DNA of 64,000 nucleotides, from contig JAADFK010000092.1 in the NCBI GenBank assembly GCA_013152925.1, positions 167 to 64,166 of the forward strand. Direction: 5' to 3'. Source of the DNA: Acidobacteriota bacterium. Its GTDB lineage: Bacteria; Acidobacteriota; Thermoanaerobaculia; Thermoanaerobaculales; Sulfomarinibacteraceae. Position numbers and translations under genes: made by a program. Every line of letters begins with the position of its first letter. Position 1 is the first letter of the stretch. Positions 48,174 through 57,700 of this stretch are shown in pieces. The notes beneath the pieces are model-generated. The model did no database searches. It saw only the letters and a list, made by a program, of their open reading frames with translations, and was not told the DNA's origin.

Positions 48174-48347
48174 GGAGGACGGCGCGAGGAGTGAAGAGTG
48201 AGGAGTGAGGAGTGAGGAGAATACCGAAGAGCTCCCGCCCACCCGGCGTCCACCTCCGAACCCCTACCCTTTCTCGTCTATCTTCTATCGTTTATCTTCT
48301 ATCCTCTAACTCCTGACTTCTCTCTTCTCCCTTCTTCGGAGGCTCTT
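48161..48347. repeat. Bipartite purine-arm / pyrimidine-arm intergenic element (copy B)
   Basis: Five tandem heptamers gaRgagW (48186-48220) form the purine arm. A spacer follows, then a pyrimidine arm with the 11-bp direct repeat tatcttctatc (48279-48289 and 48293-48303). Read on the reverse complement, the motifs resemble copy A. Confidence 0.7.
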
Positions 48348-49532
48348 GTGAGAGAACGAACGAAGCTCCTCCTCATCGTGGGTGTCTTCCTGGCCGTTTT
48401 CTTCCTCCCCATCGAACACGCCAGGGTGCAGGGCGCACTACTGGAAGGCTTCTACCTCCTCAAGTGGTACGCCCGCGAGCACGTGATGCTCTGCCTGGTG
48501 CCGGCCTTCTTCATCGCCGGCGCCATTGGCGAATTCGTCAGCCGGGGCGCCGTCCTCAAGTACCTGGGAAGCTCCGCCAAACGCACGGTCGCGTACGGGG
48601 TGGCCTCGGTGTCGGGGGCAATCCTCGCCGTCTGCTCGTGCACCGTGTTGCCGCTGTTCGCCAGCATCTACAAGCGCGGCGCCGGGCTCGGGCCGGCGGT
48701 CGCCTTCCTCTACTCGGGACCGGCCATCAACGTCCTCGCCATCATCCTCACCGCGCGGGTTCTCGGCCTTGAGCTCGGCATCGCCAGGGCGATCGGCGCC
48801 GTGGCGTTCGCGGTGATCATCGGATTGATCATGGCGGTCCTCTTCCGCAAGGAAGACCAGGAGCGCCTGGCGGGCGGCGTCGATCCCTTCGCCGCCCAAG
48901 CGGGGCCCGGCGAGCGGCTGCGCAAGGGCTGGCAGGACTCGGCGTTCCTGGCCGTCATGGTCGGCATCCTGGTGTTCGCCAACTGGGGCTCGCCCAACCG
49001 CGAAGTGGGCCTCTTCGCCATGGTCTGGAGGATCCACTGGCACCTGACCCTCGGCCTCCTCGTGGTGCTCGGCTACATGATCGTGCGCTGGTACCACAAG
49101 GAGGAGCTGGGCGGCTGGGTGCAGGCGACCTGGGTGTTCGCCAAGCAGATCCTGCCGCTCCTGTTCGGCGGTGTCCTGGTCGCCGGCTGGCTCATGGGCA
49201 CGCCGGGCCATGACGCCGGCCTGATCCCGGCCGCATGGGTCGCAGCGGCGGTGGGAGGCAACTCCATCTGGGCCAATCTGTTTGCCTCGATCTCCGGGGC
49301 GTTCATGTACTTCGCCACCCTGACCGAGGTGCCAATCTTGCAGACCCTGCTCGGCGCCGGCATGGGTCAAGGCCCGGCCCTGACCCTGCTCCTCGCGGGT
49401 CCGGCTCTGAGCCTGCCCAACATGCTCGTCATCAACTCGTACCTCGGTCCGAAGAAGACGATCACCTACGTCTCCCTGGTCGTCGTCATGGCCACCATCA
49501 CCGGGATGGCCTACGGCGTCATGCACGGCTGA
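48348..49532 (+). CDS. UPF0718/ArsP-like permease
   Basis: GTG start after GGAGG. Multi-TM protein with a CSC motif (AVCSCTVLPLF). Paired with the thioredoxin-like gene, as is often seen in ars loci. Confidence 0.75.
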   Translation: MRERTKLLLIVGVFLAVFFLPIEHARVQGALLEGFYLLKWYAREHVMLCLVPAFFIAGAIGEFVSRGAVLKYLGSSAKRTVAYGVASVSGAILAVCSCTVLPLFASIYKRGAGLGPAVAFLYSGPAINVLAIILTARVLGLELGIARAIGAVAFAVIIGLIMAVLFRKEDQERLAGGVDPFAAQAGPGERLRKGWQDSAFLAVMVGILVFANWGSPNREVGLFAMVWRIHWHLTLGLLVVLGYMIVRWYHKEELGGWVQATWVFAKQILPLLFGGVLVAGWLMGTPGHDAGLIPAAWVAAAVGGNSIWANLFASISGAFMYFATLTEVPILQTLLGAGMGQGPALTLLLAGPALSLPNMLVINSYLGPKKTITYVSLVVVMATITGMAYGVMHG

Positions 49533-49932
49533 CCGCTGGTCCCGATCACGGCCCTGCGGTTGGAAGCCGACCGGGCCCCCGGCGCCATCACCACCTCGAC
49601 GAAGTCACATGGCCATCGCGCTCGCTACCGGCTGGTTTCACAGCTACCCGACGGCACCATCTAACCGTCTGGTACCGCGTCGACGCTGCACCACGTACTG
49701 GGTTGTCGCCCCCGGGATTCGACCACGGTCTTGCCGGGTACGAACGATCCGGCGTATCCAGGGTTGCCCATGAGACTCCCACTGCTGGGCGAAATGCAAC
49801 GTCCCTGGCGGCGTTTTCTCGATTCAGCCGCTCGACGTGCCGCCAGCACGCCTGCGCTTGCGAATCGTGCGAGAGCACCGCCGGCCACGGCGTCTCCTGC
49901 CCTTCGCAACGATGTTTGACGAATACACCGGG

Positions 49933-51027
49933 CTAGACGATCCGTTCGCGGATGCGGGCGGATACGATGTCCATCAGCCAGACGGTGACGGCGATCAGGA
50001 GCACGAGCGTGCCCACCTCGCCCCATTCCCCCAGGTCCACCCTGGGCTTGAGAATGTAACCGATGCCGCCGCCGCCAACGAAACCGATGATCGTGGACAT
50101 GCGAACATTGATGTCCCAGCGGTAGATGGTGAAGGAGAGGAAGGGCGGGATCACCTGGGGCACAACGCCGTAGCGGATTACCTGGAGCGTGCTGGCACCT
50201 GTCGCCATGATGGCCTCCACCGGGCCCGGGTCGATGCTCTCGATCTGTTCGGAGTAGAGCTTGGTCAGGGCGGCCACCGAATGGACCCACAGCGCCAGGA
50301 CGCCGGCGAATGGCCCGATGCCGACCCACGAGATGAAGATCAACGCCCAGACCAGGGGCTCCACGGCACGGACCAGGTTCATGACGGTTCGCGTCGCCGT
50401 GTAGAGGAGGCGCGACAGCGCGCTCCCCCGCGTCAGGTTCCGGGCGGCCAGGAAGGAGATGGCAAAGGCGGCCGGAATGGCGAAGGCCGTGGCCATGAAT
50501 GCCAGGAAGATGGTCTGCACCAGGAGTAGAACCCCCTGGTGAAGCACGGCTCCCGAGGGATGAACCAACCCGCGGACGATGTCGGAGGCCTTGGAGAACT
50601 TGGTCAGGAAGGTCGGCAGGTCCACCTCGGTGATCAGCCAGCCGGTGAAGAAGGTCAGCTCGATGAAGAGGATGGTGAACCACCCCCGGAGCGTGTGCGT
50701 CCAGGGAATGTCCCGCTCCCGTTCGGGGATGCCGCGGACCAGGGCCCGGCCGGGTGACGCACCGAGCCAGCCGCTCAGGAGGTTCCAGAGAATGGCCAGG
50801 ACCACGGCGCCCGCGGTAATCCAGGCATAGTGGAGAAGGTCCAGGATGTCCTCGGCCCCGAGAAGCATCCCGGCCGGGCTGCGCCGTCCCGAAAACGCCA
50901 CCACAAGCAGCTCGATCATCAATCCGGCGCCGGTCAGCAAGACGGCGTCCACGGCCACCGACTTGAGCCGCGCCATGCTCTTGGCCCAGTGATCGTCCCT
51001 CGTGCTCAGCTCGATTCCTCTCGGCAT
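49933..51027 (-). CDS. phnE: Phosphonate/phosphite-type ABC transporter permease (PhnE-like) with N-terminal extension
   Basis: C-terminal PhnE-like core (EAIMATGAS..QVIRYGVVPQV..., STIIGFVGGGGIG). ATG at 51027 lies 7 nt after the phnC stop. Confidence 0.75.
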   Translation of the reverse strand: MPRGIELSTRDDHWAKSMARLKSVAVDAVLLTGAGLMIELLVVAFSGRRSPAGMLLGAEDILDLLHYAWITAGAVVLAILWNLLSGWLGASPGRALVRGIPERERDIPWTHTLRGWFTILFIELTFFTGWLITEVDLPTFLTKFSKASDIVRGLVHPSGAVLHQGVLLLVQTIFLAFMATAFAIPAAFAISFLAARNLTRGSALSRLLYTATRTVMNLVRAVEPLVWALIFISWVGIGPFAGVLALWVHSVAALTKLYSEQIESIDPGPVEAIMATGASTLQVIRYGVVPQVIPPFLSFTIYRWDINVRMSTIIGFVGGGGIGYILKPRVDLGEWGEVGTLVLLIAVTVWLMDIVSARIRERIV

Positions 51028-51034
51028 CGTCCCC

Positions 51035-51826
51035 TCAGGCCATGGCGTTGGACGCCGGCTCGGCGTCGGTTCCGTAGATCTCCCGGTAGGTCCTCCGGTC
51101 GAACTGGTCCGGCTGTCCCTCCCAGACGAGCCGCCCTTCCCGGAGGGCCACCAGGCGGGTGGCGTAGCGCTTGACGAGGTCCACATCGTGGAGCGAGCAG
51201 ACGACCGTCAGCCCCTCGTCCCGGTTGAGGGCCTCGATGTGGCGCATCAGCGAGTGCCGCAGCGCGGGATCGAGAGAGGCCACCGGCTCGTCCGCCAGGA
51301 TGATCTTCGGTTTCTGGAGGAGCGCGCGGGCGATGGCCACCCGCTGCTGCTGCCCCCCGGACAGTGCGTCGGCCCGCGCGGCGGGCCGGTCACGCAAGCC
51401 GACCCGCTCCAGCGCCTCGTGCGCCAGTCGCCGGTCCTCGGCGGGATAGCGCAGAAAGAGGCTGGGCAGCAGCCGCGCCCTCCCGAGACTGCCGGAAAGC
51501 ACGTTGTCGAGAACGGAATGGCGCCGCACCAGGTTGAACTGCTGGAAGATCATGGCGATCTGGCGGCGAAGCCGCCGCAGCTCGGCGCCCTGTGCCCCCG
51601 TGATCTCCCGTTGGAAGATCCAGATCCGGCCAGCCGTCGGGTCCACCAGACGGTTGATGCACCGGAGGAGCGTGCTCTTGCCCGAGCCGGAGAGTCCGAC
51701 GACCACCAGGAACTCGCCCTCGCGCACCTCGAGGTCGATGTCGCTGAGCGCCCGGACACCGCCTGGGAACACCTTGCTCAGTCCCTCCACGCGGATGGCG
51801 ACCGCGGGCCCGACGAAGCCGGGCAT
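51035..51826 (-). CDS. phnC: Phosphonate-type ABC transporter ATP-binding protein
   Basis: Walker A GLSGSGKST, signature LSGGQQQRVAIARAL, Walker B ILADEP. ATGA overlap with the phnD stop. Confidence 0.9.
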   Translation of the reverse strand: MPGFVGPAVAIRVEGLSKVFPGGVRALSDIDLEVREGEFLVVVGLSGSGKSTLLRCINRLVDPTAGRIWIFQREITGAQGAELRRLRRQIAMIFQQFNLVRRHSVLDNVLSGSLGRARLLPSLFLRYPAEDRRLAHEALERVGLRDRPAARADALSGGQQQRVAIARALLQKPKIILADEPVASLDPALRHSLMRHIEALNRDEGLTVVCSLHDVDLVKRYATRLVALREGRLVWEGQPDQFDRRTYREIYGTDAEPASNAMA

Positions 51827-53214
51827 CAGCCACCCCCTCCACGTCGCTTCCGTTTCTTCTCCAGCTTCTTCTCCACCGCCTCGAGGATTCTCCCGGCGCT
51901 GACGCCCGATTGCCGCAGGGCCTCCCGGAATGGATCGAAGGCCGCGTCGTTGCACGGAGTGGCCGCGACACCGGCCACCAGGTCGTGGTACGCGGCCTGA
52001 CCCTCGTCGGTCTTCAGAAAGCGTTGCAGGGAAGCCTCAAACCGTTCCCAGACACGCCGCGAAAAACCCTTTCGGACGCAGCAGACGTCGTTGGGAATGG
52101 GATCGGTCAACGCGATGATCCGGACGACCTCCAGGAGATGACGCCGGCTCTCATCGTCGGCCATCCGCTTGATGATCAGGCGGCGGGCATCGCCGACCAG
52201 TGTCCGGTCCCTGACCTCCCGCTCGCCGGGCGGCGAGTAGAAGACCGCACCGCCGGCCACCTTGCCGTCCATGACCGCCTGGACGACATTGGGATGCCCG
52301 CCCGCGAAGTAGACGTGCCCCAGGGTGACCCCCGCCCGGTTGAGCAGGGCCCGCGCGAAGATGTGCCCCGAAGTCGAGGTTTCGTCGGAAAATGCGAAGG
52401 ACCGGCCGTTGAGATCCTCCAACCGCCGGATTCCCGAGTCAGTCCGCGTCAGGATGCAGCCGTTGTACGTGGTCGTATCCTGGGCCACGGGATTCTCCGA
52501 GCTGTCGATGACACGAGTCTCTCGCAGGGTGCCCGGACGGTCGTACTCCAGCTCCTTGCGGCCGTCTCCCACCAGGTCGTAGGGGCCCGAGAAAACGTGG
52601 CTCGACGCCGCCGCGTCGACGCTCCCCGGCTGCTCCACCAGGCGGCGAACGGCGTCCTTGTCGTCCCTGGCAGGAACCTCCACCCAGCCTGGGGCCGCCC
52701 GGTTCAGCCGTTCCGAGAGGACCTTGCGGAGCTCGGGATTGAGATTACGGGGGATCGCGACCCTCCGGCCCGCGAGATCGGCCAGGGATGCCGGTTCCCC
52801 TCCCCCGCTCCGGGCGATGACGATGACGAAGAGATCCAGGGAGCGAACCACCTGGAGCCTGGCCTCGGCGCCGTAGCGCGCGTGGGCCAAGACGTAGGCG
52901 AAGGCGGGGATCCATGCCACGTCGGCCTGGCCGGAGCCAAGTGCCTGGATGACGGCTGCATAGCTCGTTGGCACCTCGGAGCGCAGGACCAGGCCGCAGT
53001 CGTTCTGGATAAAACGGGCCAGCTCATCACCGCGGCGGACCAGGGTTCCCTGCTCCACCGAGGGGACGAACAGCATCCGGATGACGCTCTCCCCGCTGGC
53101 CTCGAGCACCTGCCTCCTGTGGATACCCCAGGCGAAGGCCAGGAAGGCCGCCACGGCCAGGGTCACACCCACCCGCTGTATCACGGCCCCGCGGTGACGT
53201 TGCCGGGCGCTCAC
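51826..53214 (-). CDS. phnD: PhnD-like substrate-binding protein, membrane-anchored, enlarged (462 aa)
   Basis: GTG start and an N-terminal TM anchor. PhnD-like motifs (YAAVIQALGSGQADVAW; DETSTSGH; GGHPNVVQAV). Polybasic C-terminus KKLEKKRKRRGGGG. Confidence 0.75.
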   Translation of the reverse strand: MSARQRHRGAVIQRVGVTLAVAAFLAFAWGIHRRQVLEASGESVIRMLFVPSVEQGTLVRRGDELARFIQNDCGLVLRSEVPTSYAAVIQALGSGQADVAWIPAFAYVLAHARYGAEARLQVVRSLDLFVIVIARSGGGEPASLADLAGRRVAIPRNLNPELRKVLSERLNRAAPGWVEVPARDDKDAVRRLVEQPGSVDAAASSHVFSGPYDLVGDGRKELEYDRPGTLRETRVIDSSENPVAQDTTTYNGCILTRTDSGIRRLEDLNGRSFAFSDETSTSGHIFARALLNRAGVTLGHVYFAGGHPNVVQAVMDGKVAGGAVFYSPPGEREVRDRTLVGDARRLIIKRMADDESRRHLLEVVRIIALTDPIPNDVCCVRKGFSRRVWERFEASLQRFLKTDEGQAAYHDLVAGVAATPCNDAAFDPFREALRQSGVSAGRILEAVEKKLEKKRKRRGGGG

Positions 53215-53349
53215 CGGCGCACCCCGGCCCGTTTTCCCGGAAGATCATCCCAACCCGTGGTGGATGCCGTGAAGCACTTCATCGGAACGGCCGAAAGGGT
53301 ACCACAGCCGCGTACGAGCCCACGTCATTCGTCCCGCCCGGCGAAACCC

Positions 53350-54735
53350 TCAGTGGACCGTGCCCTCGAGCCCCCGGCCCGTGCTCAGGAGGATCCTCCA
53401 GCTGACGTTTACGTGGCTCCGGCTCGAGGGGAGGCGAATCGTGCCGCTGACGACACGCTCCTCGGGGGCAAGGTAGGTTTCGTAGAAACGCACGGCATCC
53501 GCCCCGCCGCCATCCAGGCGCTGCCACTGCCCGCTCCGCTCGCTGCGAAGGGTCCCAAGTATGATGCGATCGAAGCCGCCGCGGTCAGTGGCCACGAGAG
53601 CGCCCCGCTCCACGGCCACCTGCACCCAACTCCCGTAGGCCGATACCGCGCTCCCGAACGGCGAGGGGTTGCTCAGGGTCACCCTCAAGGTTCTCCCCCT
53701 CCGGCCGACCTCCACCTTTGGCTCGAAGCCAGGGCCCTCCCCGCGGAGGTACCGGAGGAGCGCCTCCCGGCTGATGCCCACGGCATCCCCCTGGGGCGGC
53801 AGGGTCACGAGGTCCCAGCCAACGACCTCCGGCATCGCCACCGTCTCGGCGTCGTGGAGCCCCGCATCCAGACGGCTGACGTCCATCCAGCGGAGGGCCA
53901 CGGTGTCGCCGGCCTTCCACGGCCGTCCACTCCATGTGACCGCCCTCCGGAAGGTGAAGCTCCGGTCCAGGGGCGACTGCGTCGACATCTTCGCCATCAT
54001 TGGATCGGTCAGGGAATCGAGATCCCTCGCCCATCGCAACAGGGGCGGCTCCGTTCGAGGCCGCAGCACGAAGGCGATTCTTGGGCGAACCAGGGTGGCG
54101 GCCAGCGGCGCCAGCTGATCGGCCAGGGTCAGGTTGGAGCGCTCGGCCCCGGACCGCTCCCGCCCGACGGCGCCGTACGCCAACACGCTGCAGTGCCCGG
54201 CCGCGGCGATCACCCGAAGCACCCGGGGATCCCGGAGTTGCTTCGATGTAACGAGCGGAACCACCGGTACGCGCGCGACCTGCGCCAGGTTGGCGACGAA
54301 AGCCGCCAGACTCTCATTGACCAACGGAAGATCGAGGACGATCCCGGCGGGGCGCCGAGCCTCGCCAAGGCTGTCCTGCAACACGCCCCACACCGGGATG
54401 GCGGCGTTGGGATCGAGCTTCGGACGGAGCGAGGTCAGGCGAACGACGATGGCGACCGGCAGCTCACCCCCGACGGATGCCTCGGGATACAGCTTGACCA
54501 CCGGTACGTTGCCGGCAAGATCGACCTCTCCGACGCGGAGGGCCAGCTCGTCCACCCCGGCCTTGGCCAGGAGATCCGCCTCCACGGCATCGAGCCCCTC
54601 CCTTCCCAACCACACGACAGTCCTCCGAAGGTGATCTGAAGGGGGACTCGGGGCCGCCTGACGGTGTCCGCCGCACGCAGCGGCAACCAAGCAGGCTGCA
54701 AGGATGGTCGGGAAAAGTCCCGCGCGCCGCGTCAT
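53350..54735 (-). CDS. Hypothetical lipoprotein, translationally coupled to the sensor kinase
   Basis: ATG at 54735 overlaps the kinase stop (ATGA). Lipobox LVAAACGG. 461 aa with no motif I recognise. The upstream part of ORF-track frame 53350..56154 is Arg/Gly-rich and overlaps the kinase. Confidence 0.6.
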   Translation of the reverse strand: MTRRAGLFPTILAACLVAAACGGHRQAAPSPPSDHLRRTVVWLGREGLDAVEADLLAKAGVDELALRVGEVDLAGNVPVVKLYPEASVGGELPVAIVVRLTSLRPKLDPNAAIPVWGVLQDSLGEARRPAGIVLDLPLVNESLAAFVANLAQVARVPVVPLVTSKQLRDPRVLRVIAAAGHCSVLAYGAVGRERSGAERSNLTLADQLAPLAATLVRPRIAFVLRPRTEPPLLRWARDLDSLTDPMMAKMSTQSPLDRSFTFRRAVTWSGRPWKAGDTVALRWMDVSRLDAGLHDAETVAMPEVVGWDLVTLPPQGDAVGISREALLRYLRGEGPGFEPKVEVGRRGRTLRVTLSNPSPFGSAVSAYGSWVQVAVERGALVATDRGGFDRIILGTLRSERSGQWQRLDGGGADAVRFYETYLAPEERVVSGTIRLPSSRSHVNVSWRILLSTGRGLEGTVH

Positions 54736-57700
54736 GGCTTCATCGTAGCAGAGGCCCGCGGGAACTCCAGCCGAACCGCAAGGCCCTCCCCGGTATTGGA
54801 CGCCTGGACCGAACCGTGGCACCGCTCGACGACCTGACGCACCAGGGCCAGGCCGAGGCCGGAGCCCGCGCCGGTGGTCGAAAAATGCGGCCGGAAGAGA
54901 TCCGGAAGCAACTCCTCCTCCACCCCGCCCCCGGTATCCCGAACCTCCAGGCTCACGGTCTGGGCCGTGCAGGTGACCTCGATGACGATGGTGCCCCGCC
55001 GGCCCTGGAGAACGTTGAGACTGTTCTGGACCAGGTTGGAGAGCGCCCGGAGAATCCAGTCCCGATCTCCCACGACACGGCATGTCCCCTCGGGCGGCAC
55101 CCGGCGTTCCAGCGTGATGCCACGGCGTTCCAGCACGCTCGGCACCGGAAGGTGGGTCACCAGCTCGGCCGCGTCCACCAGCTCGGGCTCCCAGCTCTCC
55201 AGCGCCACAAGGTTGGAGAAGGACGAGGCCGTCTCGCGCAGCTTCTCCACCTGCTCCGAGATCTCGCCGCAGGCCTCCCGCACGAGGGCCGCCAGATCTC
55301 CAACCGGACGGCGGGCGTTCTCGTCGAGCTCCTGCACCCACAGCCGTATGGGGGTCAGCGGATTCTTGACCTCGTGGGCCACGATCCGCGCCATCTCTGT
55401 CAGCTGTTGGAGACGGTCGGCGCGCACCACCTCGCTGATGTCGTCCACCACCACAACGCGGCCGATCCGGCCGCCCGGCAGCGGTACCTTCGCCGTCCCG
55501 ACGCGCCAGGTGACATCCCTCCCCGGGAAGGGCTGAACGGTCTTCACCGTGGGGCCGTCGCCGGGAGCATCCGCTTCCTCGCCGGCCGCCACCTCGACCG
55601 CGAGCCCCCCATGCTCCTCGAGAAGGGCCGCCCCCGCCGGGTTGACGAATCGCACCTCGCCCGCCTCCTCCAGGACGATGACCGCCTGCGTCAGTGTGCT
55701 CAAGGTGATGCGGAGCAGCTCCTCCTGCCGCCTCAGCCGGCGTTCCCTCTCCTGGACCTCCAGGCTCATCCGCCGGACCGATTCCACAACCTGTGCGAGA
55801 TCCGTCTCCTGGGGCACCGGAACCTCCCCAATCACAGCTCCCTTCTGGACCCGATCCGCCAGCTCCACCACCGAGGCCAGGGAGTCTCCGAGCCGCCGCT
55901 CGACCCGCATGGTCACCACAAGCGCCCCGAGCGCCGCCAGCAGGGCGCCCGTCAGCAACCAGTCGAGAACGCCCGGCTGACCCCGTGCGCGTCCCGGATC
56001 CCGCACGAAAAGCTCCAGGAGGTAGGGCCGGCCGTCGATGGAGACCGCACCCGAGGCCACCACCCGCTCCCGCGACGAGTCCACCGCCGGGTCGTCCCGG
56101 CCCAGCAGGAGGTTGACAAAACCGCGGCGGTTCGGCAGGCCCGGCAAGCGCCACTCCGCCAGGAGATCGGGCCGGGAGACCCCCACGATGGTGGCGCCAT
56201 CGAAGATGGTCACCTCTGCGCCGACCTCGGCGGCCAGCCAGGAGGCCAGGTCGTCACCGACGCCGTAACCGCCTTCCAGGTGCTGGGCGGTCCAGCGCGC
56301 CGCATCGAGCATGTCCACGGCGATGATGCGCCCGATGCGCACCACCTCCGCCCGCAGGCGCACGTGAAGCACGACCGTCAACAGGAGCAGAGGGAGGATG
56401 ACGGAGCCAGCCACGAGCCGCCGCAATCGCCCCCCGAAGGTGCGGGTCAGTCCCCGTCCCAGCTGCGGCCGGGCGGCCATGACCGTGCCCGCCACTCCCC
56501 ACAGGATGGCCAGGAGGAACCGGAGAATCCACACGGATGCCGGAGGAGCGTTGTAGACGGCGGCCACCAGCCAGTCACCGTGTCGCGTCACGCGAGCCGG
56601 GAGCTTCCTGTCGCCGGCCTCGACCCACGCCCACCCACTGCCGGCGTGCCAGATCCGGCCCGCGGACCGCGTGCTGATACCCGCGATGGAGTGGTGCAGG
56701 GAGGCCGCCACACGGCCTCCCCTCCCGAGCGAGGCGAACCACACTTGGCTCCTGCCGGAAACGCCCACCGGCTCGTAGGGCTTCCAGTCGGCCAGCCAGT
56801 GCCACGGGCCCGAGGCCACGATGAGGCGCGCCACCAGGTTCCGGCCGGAGGGCAGCTCGCCCAGGTTCCACGAGGCAAGCTCGGCGACCGAGGATCCTGC
56901 GGGAGCAAGGTCCCCCCACCTGGAGACGACCACGCCGTCACCACGCTCCACGCGAATGGAGGTTGGCAGGGACCACTCCGCCGCCCGCCAGCGCTCCGCC
57001 AGAGCGGGTGCCAGATCATCCATGTGGCACCCTGCCAGGGGGGCAGGCAGGACCTCGTTCAAGGCCAGCGGCAAGCCGGAAGGCGTCGAGCTCGATTGCC
57101 GCCGTTCGCTACGGATCAGGAGCGGAGGAACCGAAACAAGCTGGGCGGCCAGGGCCGCCACGGCCACCACGAATCCCACCAGGAGCCGCCCCTCCAATCC
57201 ACCCCCGAGACTTCCCTCGCCGGCGCTCCAGATGACGCAGCCCAGCGCCACGATACCGACGACGGCCCAGCCCGGGACCAGGGCCGTTTCCGGCAGCCAC
57301 GAGGAGGGAGAAAACCTCGCCGGCAGGCTCGCCATTGCAGGAAAGAGCGCCAGGGCCAGCGCCACACCGAGGTTACGAAGCCACGGCCGCGCTTCCCGGA
57401 GAAAACTGCCGGCCCCGCCCGCCCCCACGAGAAGAAACGGCGCCGCCGCCCACACCGGCTGCCCGGCGGCCAAGACCGAAGCGTATCCCACCGCCGCCAC
57501 GGCCACAGCCGCAGCCGGCCACTGCCACAGCGCGACGACCGCAAGGAGCCACCACGGAACGTATCGGACAGGGCGGGGCGGCCGCCAACCGACTCGGTCG
57601 CCGGTCAGCGCCAGAGAGACCCCGGGGTACTGGGGAAGATCCACCCTTTGCCAACCGGGGCGGGCGTTGGCGGCGATCCGCAAACGAAAGCCGAGCTGTC

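Noticed and set aside
49700-49760. tRNA-like T-arm sequence (ggtcgaatccc on the minus strand) in the 400-bp gap
   Set aside because: No complementary T stem, acceptor stem or anticodon arm can be built around it.
54736-56154. Upstream 473 codons of ORF 53350..56154
   Set aside because: This part overlaps the histidine-kinase catalytic region in another frame and is Gly/Arg/Pro-rich. The internal ATG at 54735 gives a lipoprotein signal and an ATGA junction with the kinase stop.
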